DNA of 64,000 nt. Source: Rhizophagus irregularis (taxonomy: Eukaryota). The notes under the pieces are model-generated. The model was given only the letters and a program-made list of their open reading frames with translations. It was not told where the DNA came from and did not search any database. Within the stretch, counting starts at the first letter, position 1; each line of letters begins with the position of its first letter. Where the stretch lies: NCBI RefSeq assembly GCF_026210795.1, contig NC_089433.1, positions 2,108,001 through 2,172,000 on the forward strand. Direction: 5' to 3'. A program made the position numbers and the translations under genes. Positions 53,201 through 63,862 of the stretch are shown here, in pieces.

Positions 53201-54111
53201 TTAATGATCATCGCTCCGGACTATTGATCTAGCCAACCCTGGATCGGAATACCACTGCAAGTTACCTCGACCTAAAAGATTCTGAAGACTCCGAGCTAAA
53301 ATCTGTCTACTAGCAACGTTGTTCTGTGTAAGATGATTTCTAACTAGTCCAATGAGATCAGGAGGCGTTAAAGTTTCCATAAAATTCTCTACATGGATAT
53401 TTGGATTAAGAGAAATGAGCTGATCTACGGCTTCTTTGCTAATATAAATACACCCTTCCAAATTGAGATACTTTATGTTAAGACAAGATCTAGCAATTTC
53501 TTTGATAGTTATATCAGTAATTTCACAAAAGCCAAGGTAGAGATGCTGGAGCCTTGGGCAGGAACGAATAATATTGCAAATTGATTGTTCGGAAAATTCT
53601 GTATGGTTAGAGATATTTAGATATTCTAGTTTGTGGCATAATTCTGCGATTGCAGTTAGACCTATATCATTTTTCCCCGTAATCCCCATAAAGTGGATAT
53701 ATTGAGATACTTCAAATTTGGGTATGATTTCGCTATTAGCTTTAGAGTTTTACCAATACAGTCCGTACTTCCTTCAAAATCTAAATGAATTATATTTTGG
53801 AAAGTATGCACAATGCCTTTGATTTTTTTATTTGAAAGTGAATAGTAGTGTGTTATTTTAAGATGGGTTAGTTTTGAGCTATAAACTGGTTTTCTTCCTC
53901 CTCCGGGTACTATTTTTAAAAATCTTTCTAATCGAGTTCGATCTTCTTCTTCCCATCCTTTTAGCTCAATACGCCTCCATAGGATAGGGGCACCACATCT
54001 GTACCAAAGCCGGCTAACAAATAGAGCAGGGTATAGTGACTTATCTATTGCTAAGAAATATAGAATTCGCTCTAATAGTTCCGGTAAATTAAAAATGCTT
54101 GAATGCGCCAT
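53201..54111 (-). pseudogene. F-box / leucine-rich-repeat protein (frameshifted)
   Basis: IFNLPELLERILYFL...VSRLWYRCGAPILW; LRRs [16 protein letters not shown] and [12 protein letters not shown]. Confidence 0.8.
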
Positions 54112-54190
54112 AAATATTCTATTTTATATGTTGTATCTTAAACGAAAAAATAAAATTACGCATATTGATGATCACTACTTCGGATAATCG

Positions 54191-54578
54191 TTATTCTACA
54201 TGGGTTCATACTTTGAATGGGATCGCAAAATTATCGTCTAATAATAGTTTTGAATTGCATATATCCAAAATTGCACCATTTTCTCGAAACTAAGACCCTC
54301 CTAAAATTAAATCAGGTCCCGGCCAATCTGGTCCAACAACTATGAATTCACTGGGTGTGCTTTTATGTTTCTCACCATCATTAAAGCCGATATGCAGATT
54401 AACTTTTCCTATTATGGAATAGGTTGCATCCAGAGTTTTAATGCTATTATTTTCATCATGATATGCAATTCCTAATTCACCAATATGTTTTTTGGCTAAT
54501 GCAATTTACATTGGCGCATGTATCAATTGATGCCTGGGTGGGACTATTTTCTTCGACTACACAATTCACGAATACCAT
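54191..54578 (-). pseudogene. Second stand-alone retropepsin-like protease (absent from the ORF track)
   Basis: Manual translation: MVFVNCVVEENSPTQASIDTCANVNCISQK /fs/ HIGELGI...IIGKVNLHI...EFIVVGPDWPGPDLILGGS*FRENGAILDICNSKL. Confidence 0.7.
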
Positions 54579-54653
54579 TTTTATTATAGCATATATAATA
54601 TCCAAATATAAAAAATAAATTTCTATCACTGCGGACTGGCATTTATCGGATAG

Positions 54654-55407
54654 CTAATTAGCCTTATTTTTTATTATATGCATTTTCTCCTGATCTTTCT
54701 TTTGGGCTAGGCGCTTCCTAATTCTTTGATGCTTAATCATGTTTACTATCTCATCAATATCAGAATCGGATGAACTGGATTCGGATGAACTACTCTCGGA
54801 TGACGAACTATATTCAGATGAACTAGTCTCGGATGAGCTTGATTTAGATGAACTACTCTCAGATGAAGTAGACTTGGGCGGGATATTGGTTAAGGCTGTT
54901 AGATGCTTTTGATCACTTTCCATTTTGATTATTTATATGCTAAACTTAATAACTTTGACTGAAAAAATATGCAAAGTGCCTGATTCGACCCACTTCAAAC
55001 TACAATCTGCTTAACCTTTCTCGGTCGTGCCTTCCTTCGTTGCTTATGAGGGATATCCTCGCTCTTTCTTAACACAGCGCCTCTTGACCCTTTTTTCCAA
55101 TAAGCGAGAGAACTATTTCATGAATTAAGTCGACCACAGTTTCCCTATCCACACATTCATCCAGATCTTCCACTACATATTCGTCCAGATTTTCCAATTC
55201 ATCTTCTAAGGATCCTACATCTCTTTCCAGTCTTTTTGCCGACTTTTTATACTCGGAATAGTAGTTATCCATTTTTTCATCCAGTGCCCCCATCTTTTCA
55301 GAAAGCGCATTATCCATATCTGCAATCCGCTTAGCAATTTTCTCATATCTGGACACTTCCTGCTCAATGGGTGCACTATCGGATGAGTGGTTTTGGTCGG
55401 TTACCAT
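54654..55407 (-). CDS. Two small tandem ORFs (acidic coiled coil 55069-55407; Ser-rich/basic 54654-54923)
   Basis: ATG-started ORFs, each preceded by a TATA-like box. Confidence 0.5.
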
Positions 55408-55532
55408 TTTTACAATACTTTATATATGCTATATCTTGCCTGGGCGAAAAAATAAAATTAATAAATGATACCAGGGTTACCGAAGGTAACGCTCTCCCGA
55501 TCCTAATCATCTAACCCGTTTACAGTATGTGA

Positions 55533-56664
55533 TTAGTTTTCGTCAAAGAACTCGAATGCTTTTGCCTAATCATAAGGTACCCCACGGGGCCTGTAATTGA
55601 CTATAGTATAGTTTTTTGCAGGGGAGACATGGTTGTCTGCACTGTGGCGAAGTGCTTCACTGCCTCTGATAAATTCTTTGAACCATACAATACAACTGCA
55701 AATACCGCCCCTAATTTGCGCAAAGAACTAGGGAGTAGCGGTTTACCTATTTCAGGGAGAAATTCATCCTTTTTTAGGAATGTATTGAACCATAATATGC
55801 CTGGCTTTCCTGGGTCTCGTAACTGTCCAGAAGAAATTGCTTCCTGAATCCATATAAGCAATTGCTTCGCCCGTTCCTCATTCTTCTCTAGTGATCTAAA
55901 TACTCGAGGAATGTCTTGTTGATCTCGATTTTTCCCATACCCAGTTACGTTTCCATTGAATATGTAAGCAAGTCTTTAATTTCGCCAGGGCGAATACAAA
56001 GCATTATCATTACATCGGCTAGGGCTTGTTTATCGGGTATATTTGACACAACATATGAATCCAGTCTTTCCTTAACCGATTCTAATGAGAAGTGGTCTGG
56101 ATAATAGATCCCTTCATTCTCACGTAACAATCTATTCTCCTTTTGAATTTTATTAGCCGAACAAGTTATGTCTGGAATAAATGTAGCCGAGATAATTTTT
56201 TTTGAGGCTCCGAGGGCTTTCAGTTCTCTTCGAAGTCTAGTGAGGCGTGATAGGCCAGCGCTGGCATTAGAGGCCGTTCCAGATAAGGCCTTGGCTATAA
56301 CTTCTACCTCTTTTTCGCTAATATTATCTCGGATAATACGCTCGGCCAAATCTCTAATAGTCTCTTTCGGTGAAATTTGACACACATTCACTGTTCCCTC
56401 TTCTGGTTCTATTTCCTGAGTGGTATCAGGAGTATTGGAAATGGCTCCTTCTTTTTTCCGATCAGCCGTCTGCTTAGGAATTAATGCAAATACCTGTTTT
56501 TCGCTAAAGTTGTATCCTTTCTTGAAACGACGTCGTGCCTGATCCCTCTTAGTTTTATCCGTCAAAAGGATCTCTAACGCCAGTGCGTGTCGACTGAGCT
56601 CTTCGATACTCATCTCGTTATTGAGCTCGTTTTCTGTTACATATCTAGTAGCGATGCCAGCCAT
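55533..56664 (-). pseudogene. Tyrosine-recombinase-fold enzyme, protelomerase/telomere-resolvase-like (two frameshifts)
   Basis: Reconstructed catalytic order: CIRPGEI (R), VTGYGKNR (K), PSSLRKLGA (R), EALRH (H), SPAKNY (Y). Confidence 0.7.
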
Positions 56665-56955
56665 GTTATTATTTGGTAATATGTAGGATATTTGGTTATA
56701 CCTAGGTTGTTTGGTATATACTATGCGGAGAAAGTTCAATTCGAAAAAATAAATAATTGTTCTGACATCCATGGTCGGTGGGCAAAAAGAATATTATAAC
56801 TTATTGCGGGCTCTCTATGAGGTCACAAGCTCCGGCCAGAATATCTTTTATATATATTTGAAAATTGTGGGTAGATATGATATGCGAAAAATATATATAG
56901 TCAAGGAACCGCCATTCCAAGACTATAAACAAATCCATCTGTATCTAATAACATT

Positions 56956-57473
56956 TTAATAAAATGCTCGCGCTAGAGCTAATATTCCTTCCGGTCCTAA
57001 AGCATTTGTCTTAGTGAACGCATCATATAAAGCACTTGGTCTATGCTTCGAAGAAGCTAAATTCGGATGATGGAGGAATTTCATGAGTACCTTATTTCTC
57101 CAAGCTTTCGTTTCTTCATGCCTCCAGCATAATTTTAATAGTTGGCATAAGGTGAGATTGTGCCAATTAGCTTTGAGCAAGATTTGCAATAGACTTATTT
57201 TTCGTTAACTATTGCTAGTAAACTTCTTTCTGATACGATATCCCAAATACGATAGGAAATGAAAGAAAGATATCTTCTTAATATTGGCAATTCATGTAAA
57301 GGCGGGATCAAAAGCCTTTCTTCTCTCCAATGTATATAGCCTTCGAGTAGCAATTTATGATATACTGACCTATTTATAACTACTATGTGATTAGATTTGG
57401 GGTTGTAGATGTTTTTGCGAATCCCATCTGCCGATTGGTCTAATATGTCTATAGCGTTAGTATGAAAAGTCAT
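56956..57473 (-). pseudogene. Hypothetical protein in two pieces
   Basis: Adjacent ORFs 57195-57473 and 56956-57189. Confidence 0.4.
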
Positions 57474-57567
57474 TTATGACTTAACTTAATACCGAATAAT
57501 TTAAATATACATTTTATTATCAAATTAAAAGTGAAAAGGGTTTTATATCCTAAAATACTTACTGTAC

Positions 57568-57843
57568 ATGGATCGAGTTACTTGCCCGTATATTAAGAGA
57601 GATGGTTCCATTTGTGGGAAAATCTGTACTCGTACTACTGGCTGTACGAAGCACTGGATATTACATGAAAAAAATATGGAAAAAAGACCTTACCTTGTTT
57701 GTGGCATACCTACCATTTCCATTACAGAATGCTGTCCCAAACATTCGGCTAGATTTCATTCGCTAAATTATCGGATGAGGCAGAAGTATGGGGTTGGGAC
57801 TCTTCAATCCGGAAAGGTCTCTGAATTATCTACTGAGGAGTGA
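57568..57843 (+). CDS. Small Cys/His-rich (zinc-binding) protein
   Basis: CPY...CGKIC...GCTKH and VCG...CCPKH. Confidence 0.55.
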   Translation: MDRVTCPYIKRDGSICGKICTRTTGCTKHWILHEKNMEKRPYLVCGIPTISITECCPKHSARFHSLNYRMRQKYGVGTLQSGKVSELSTEE

Positions 57844-57929
57844 GAAAAAATATATTATTCCATTCATTAGTTGATTATTATTGGAGTGGCGCAAGGGTAG
57901 AGGCATTTTTTATTAATGTATGCCGATAG

Positions 57930-57978
57930 ATGAAGCCTTCTGCGGAATTATATTATATAAAAATGGCAGAAGGCTTCA
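57930..57978. promoter_or_regulatory. Internal copy of the TIR palindromic unit (candidate origin or binding site)
   Basis: 49 bp identical to 61713-61761: TGAAGCCTTCTGC-[22-bp AT-rich spacer]-GCAGAAGGCTTCA. Confidence 0.6.
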
Positions 57979-58004
57979 CCTACCTGATTCATAATCGAAT
58001 AGTA

Positions 58005-61000
58005 TTAGCAAATATCAAATAAGTCCTGAATATCTTCTGTAATTTGCGCATTATCCACTTTGCTAGAACTAGTAAAATTATCTATTAATTCATCGGGCGG
58101 GAGTTTACTATATCCATATCGAGTATTTTCCCCATTTTCCCAATAAATTTCTTCACCCGTTTGATATAAAGGAAATCTAGGAGCGTCTTTACTATCGAAT
58201 GAACCTACTAGGTGATAATGTCTACGATTCTTATCTATAGCCTTAAATTTCAACCCATAAGTTACATGTAGTGCTGAGTTCAGTAAACCAAGTTTTGCCT
58301 GTTCCGTTTTTAATCCCGATTTTTTAGCTCTGCGAGATGTATCTGAATTATCAAAAACCCGAGCCATTTTTGGTACTAAATTCTGGAGATATGATACCGA
58401 CTCAGGAGAATTCAGGCATGTTTTAACATCATCAGCTTTATATCTTGATCTATTGTCGATATCTTTAGCTGGTGTACAAGTTTTTAACAATTCTAAGCAA
58501 ATCCGATGCTTCTCAGCCCGGGTTATAGTTGTAAGCCTATCTTCTCTGTAATCTTTGCGAGTGATAGCCTCAACAGCCGTTTCATTACTAGTGCCAACAT
58601 CTCGTAATTGCCTATAAGCTCTAAACCATTTCATATGATTGAAATTCCCATATTTTGAGATGAAATCCTCGGTCAACGATTCAGGCGGAATTCCATAACA
58701 ATCCACAATATGGTGCCGATCTAAAGAACGCATTTCTCCTAAAGTCTTTCTTGGCTTATTTTCTAGAAATTCAGCAGTCTCACGATCAAGAATATTAGCA
58801 TTAGTTATATCTGATATCTCCTTCGTTTTAACAACAGAACATTTTGCTTTTACTATCTGCGACAATGAATTTTCATTAGATTTAGGGTCGGATTCTATGA
58901 TGGAAATTATCATACCTGCCTCTCTAAAAAAATCAACCATTCTCCAACCAAATAAGCGCCAGGAACGAAATTTTTCTAACATATATGCTACCCATAATCG
59001 AATGGTTGGTACATCCTTATTCCGGATGATAGAGTCTATGTTAGGAAATATTCCTCTATTCTGAAGTTCTCGGGAAGACATTCTCGTTTGGCATTCAACA
59101 ACCATTGGAATAACCCTTTCTCTGTAATGGGAATATTAGACGATCTTTACTCGATATGACATACATAATCCTTAATACATCGCATGCGGAATAGCATCTG
59201 ATTCGTTCCGGTGTTTGTTTCTATGTAGCTATTAAAGAGACAGAATGCCCGTTCAAACTTAGGATTAATGCAAGATACCCCTATTTTTAGAGTGCTAGTA
59301 TATGCAACAAGGTCTACATCGATCCATGATTCTTCTACATTGCTAAAATCTTGAGCCTTTTCTACTGGATCAGATTTACCATGATATTCCTTGATTCGCA
59401 ATTCTGGAAAATCGGTCTTAAGGGCACGAACAATCCCTTGTACATCTTTTCTAAGATGGCAGATAAGTGAAGCACTTTTCCGATTCTCAAAAGGTAGTGA
59501 AGATATTTGCCTAGCCCAATCCCAAAGTTCGGCTAACACAGTTTCTTTATTAAGAGCCAAGCGGAATGTCTTATTTTTTTGAGGCTGGTAAGTATTATGA
59601 ATAATAGAAAAAGATATATTCTTACGAAGGGCCTTAATCCATTCAATGTTGAGGTCCGTTAGGTCATTATCCATAACAATAATGCGCCTAGCCTTTTGGA
59701 TTAATTTATACAATTTTTCTATTGATTGTCCCGCCAGCTGACTTTGTGCTTGAGCAATTATTGATACTATTTCATCAAGCCATAAATCATATTGGCTCAG
59801 AGGGCATTTACATTTTTTACTGCATTCGCATTTATTAGTAATACGGTGTAAGCTCTCTATCTGACATACTACCCTTTTGTGATCGGGTAGATTTATATTA
59901 CCATCAATATCGCAATATGACTTAAGATTAAGTCTGGTAGTAACAGCATTCGAGTAAGAGTGGCGCGTGGATAATACTAGCAAATTCACGTCATCAGATA
60001 TAGTAAGATGCTCTAGAATATATGTTTTCCCCGTCTCCCAAGGTGAACCTACATAGATATCGCCTTCATTCAGTAATGGTCTTACATATCTCTCCTCATA
60101 TGTTTCTGTTGCTGAAAGGGACTCATTATACTTGACCCAAGATGGCATTTTTATGAAAGCTTTAGGGAAACCTGGACCCTTTATCCTGTGAGATGTGGGA
60201 GATAAAATTTTATTTTCTTGCTGAATTTTTTCTGCAATAGATGGGTCGCATTCAAAAACTTCCCCGCACTCATCACTATTTTGCCGAAAGCATTTTACGA
60301 TGAACCTCCCACTGCTAGCACATACACGACTGAACCACCGCTGATCCTTGTCATGTATACGTTTACATAGTGGGCATTCTAGTAGAACTTTTCGGTTAAA
60401 ATATACGAAGTTTTCTGAATCTTTTTCTTTGATAGTCCAATCCCTAAGATAGTTAGAATGCTTTTGCAAAACTAGGTCCGCGCATTTTTGCAATACATCC
60501 TGACCCACAGATATTCTTAGCGGATTATTATTTTTTTCTGTGCTAAGCATTCGAGGTCTTACTTTAAGTCCTAAGCTAGTAGGTGGTTGAACCCTAGCGT
60601 GGTCGAGCTCATTCCACCCATTATTTAGTGAGAATTGAAGAATACGCTTTACACGACCTTTTTTTGCTGAACCAATAAGGCGAAGGTTAAAGTTTTGACC
60701 AGGTAATATTCTATCAATATACTTGCCGAATTTTTCACCAGTTATGGTATACACTAATTCAGTAAATGCTTTGAGTTCGTGATGATCAATAAGAAGAGCC
60801 GGTGCGTATAAAATATGGTAGCTATACTTGCTAGGGTCCGATGATGTAGCGATTACTAATCCATTGAGAATATCCTCCCAGCTACAATCAAGAATTCGAT
60901 ACAAAGCTCTTATGAAAGATAGGCAGATTCGAAAGAATACTTCTTGCACCTTAACACCAGTTGCTTCCATATCTTCTTGCGAAGCATCTATGTCAATCAC

Positions 61001-61573
61001 GGCTCTTAAAGGTTTTTGACCATTAATACATTCATGGATCCCAGGTAAACCATAAACTTCAGAAATGTCATCGGCAACGGAAAATTTTGGGGCATGATCG
61101 GCATCTTGGTCGATTTTTATAACCAATTTATTTTCCACTTCACTTCGGTCATAGGCATTATACAAGCTAGAGCCTTTTTCATTCGGAAATAAGAATGAAT
61201 AGATTGGGAGGCAATCCAATGACCCTTTGTCATTCGACATATCTCTAGGTGGTGATGAGAGAATTTCCCGAATGGCATTTAGCAAATCCTTAGGGGAAAA
61301 TTTATCATTGAAGTTTTCTTGCCTCAAAGTATATGTCACATTAACCTTTCGTTCTTTCACAGCTTCGGTAGTGCTGGTTGAAGCGCAGGAAGCTTCTTCA
61401 TTATCGGACTCATAATTAGACTCGTAGTTATTATAATCATCTGATCCGCAATCAGAATCATTATCATTATCATTATAGCTATCTGAGTCACTTAAGTATT
61501 CACCGGGGCCAGCGCCGTCATAGCGGGCGAGAGTTCCTCGAACAGTTTGGTCGGAAATAGATGAGGTATGCAT
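58005..61573 (-). pseudogene. AEP primase + Zn finger + UL9 (herpes origin-binding protein)-like SF2 helicase fusion
   Basis: HECI...RAVIDIDA, KYSYHI, NLRLIGSAK, CPLCKRIH; SPWETGKT, LVLSTRHSYS, CQIESLHRI, LDEIVSIIAQ, IIVMD, YTSTLKIGVS, QMLFRMR. One stop at 59147 and one frameshift at ~59072. Confidence 0.88.
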
Positions 61574-63286
61574 GTCGTCAGTAAGTAAAACTTTATATAC
61601 TCCAATATATTTCCGAAATGTTTAATTAATTTTTTCGTCCTTCGAAAAAAGAGGCGATAGCGAACTTATTAAGCAAGACGTAAAAGAAAGACACTCAGAT
61701 GTATCTGAAAAAATGAAGCCTTCTGCGGAATTATATTATATAAAAATGGCAGAAGGCTTCATCTTCCTAGGTAGACAGCTAGTCTGCAGATACGAGGTAA
61801 CTTCGGAAGTGCTTAGGGATATGTACCCAGGTAAGATATGACATCTAGGGTAAGCAAGTGCGCAAAATAATGGCAGAAGACTTATCCTTCCTAGATATGT
61901 ACCCGGGTATGATATGATATCTAGGGTAGGCAAGTGCGCAAAATATTGACAGAAGACTTATTTTATGATATGAAGACTTCTTTGAACCTAATTTTTCTAG
62001 ATATGTGGTCAGGTATTACCCTAAAAAGTGAAGCCTTCTGCGTAATTATTATATAAATATTGGCAGAAGCCCCATCTTCCTAGATATGTACTCAGATATG
62101 GTATAGCCTCTGCGTAATTTATTATATAAAAATGGCAGAAGGGTACACTTTTCTAGATATGTACTTGGGTATGGAAGGCCTGGTCAGAATCAATATATAC
62201 CGCCTATACCGGCAATCGAAATTGGCATACATGTACTGGCAACAAATAGGCAACTGATATGTATCAACAAGTGAAGGTAACTCTGTAATCATTATATAAA
62301 ATATTGGGAGAAGCCTTCATCTTTCTAGACAAGCAAATCGCGAATAAACATATTCCTAATAGGTGATATTTAGGGTATTCTTCTGCGTAATCATTATATA
62401 AAATATTAGAAGAAGAATACCCTATCACTAGCCCGCTAGAATTACATACCATAGTGCCGGCCAAATTTAACCGATTTTTTATCTATGGCTGATCAAGTAA
62501 CTTATGTGAGGGTGTTCCGGTGCCGAACAGTATCACGTGACCGGCGCAGTAAGGCGCAGTATAAAATCGGCCAGCACTATTTCACAATTTTGGCCAGATC
62601 TTTGGGCATAATATTTCGGCATCCAAGCTGGCCTGAAACTAATGAACTAATAGAAGCACTCAGATTCCCTGCCAGTTCCATGACAGTTCCAGGAGAGTTC
62701 TGGGCACTACCAGGTTACTATCATAGTGCCAACTTAGATCATGTGTCCCAAAGATCGGCCAGAAATTATACACTGCGCCACCTGACATGATATTTTTTTA
62801 CCATATTTCAGCATTTTGATGGATAACAAAATAGGTGAAGAAGGAAGCACTCTCGAATCCTTAACAGGAACCAAGAGAGGCGCAGAATGGCAAAAACTTC
62901 ATCATAAAACTTAGAATCCAAATAATTGCAGACAAACCAGACCTCCAACATAGAATTCAACAACCAATCAACCATAGAATCCCAATATCATAAATTATAT
63001 TAGAAAATGATTATTGATGCATAGAACTAAATAAAAATAGGTATATTTTGATTATTTAGATTATTTAAATTATTTAGTCATAACTAGGCAACAGTTTAAC
63101 AATAACTAAGTAACATTATTTTAGATTATTACCTAGTCATAGCTAGGGAACAGTTTCAACTAATAACTAAGTAACATTATTTTAGATTATTACCTACTTA
63201 TTGTTAGACTGTTACCTACTTAAATAACCTAATCTAAGCCGTTTATTACTAAATAATATAATTATATTATTTAGTAATAAACGGCT
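61507..63286 (-). repeat. Right terminal inverted repeat (1780 bp)
   Basis: Mirrors 21288-22496 plus 25484-26043. Confidence 0.95.
63237..63286. repeat. Perfect 50-bp terminal palindrome (right)
   Basis: Same sequence as 21288-21337; directly abuts the TSD. Confidence 0.98.
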
Positions 63287-63291
63287 ACCCT

Positions 63292-63862
63292 CTATAAATT
63301 TGATAATATTTTGATTATGAAAATTGTGAATTTATTTATAAAATTTCTGGAAAGTTTTAATTTTTTTGAAACATTCTGATCACTTGGCTCATCTAAGATA
63401 TTATTGTCACTATCTGTTTCTGCTATGCATGCAGGTTTAGAAGTGGTGTTTTGGTAGTGTTTTGGTTAATTAACTCATACTAGCTGAAAGGCATTGTACA
63501 AAATTTCTTCTCCTTATTGCGTTGCCTTATTTTATCATTAATGCTTTTCTTATGTGCTTTATTCAAGAAATTATCCATCTCTTTCTTCTCCAGTGACTTG
63601 GTAATGACTTCTGGTAACACTTCTGATACCATATCATTTGCTTTACAAATAGATGTATATTACTTAAGCTAATCTTTCACAGATACATCAAAAGCTGATA
63701 TTGTTACCTTTGGTATTGCTTTCTTATTATTCTGTGATTACCCATTAATACTAAAAGCTTGATTCTAAAATTGCAGATCTCAGTATTCTCCTTACTAAGC
63801 TCTGCATTCTTAGCCTCAAGTTTAGTAATATGCTGTTTCAATGATTTAAGCTTAGATGACAT
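63292..63862 (-). pseudogene. 5' part of the decayed gene split by the element
   Basis: MSSKLKSLKQHITKLEAKNAELSKE coiled-coil start reading toward the insertion site; multiple stops. Confidence 0.45.

Larger units (their letters stand above)
21288..63286. mobile_element. ~42-kb self-synthesising, integrase-mobilised virus-like element (Polinton-like architecture, atypical gene set)
   Basis: 5'-AG...CT-3' termini; TSD ACCCT at 21283-21287 and 63287-63291; ~1.78-kb TIRs; PolB, primase-helicase, integrase, A32-like ATPase, tyrosine recombinase, Gag and proteases inside. Confidence 0.95.

Noticed and set aside
62485..62790. Outward-reading ORFs inside the TIRs (62485-62790 +, 21835-22086 -; also 25624-25881 and 61736-61933)
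   Set aside because: The frame is not conserved between the two TIR copies and there are no recognisable motifs; probably non-coding.
21288..63286. Canonical Polinton/Maverick
   Set aside because: PolB motifs and the presence of a primase point to RNA-primed replication; I recognise no jelly-roll capsid or adenain protease; Gag, retropepsins and a resolvase are atypical.
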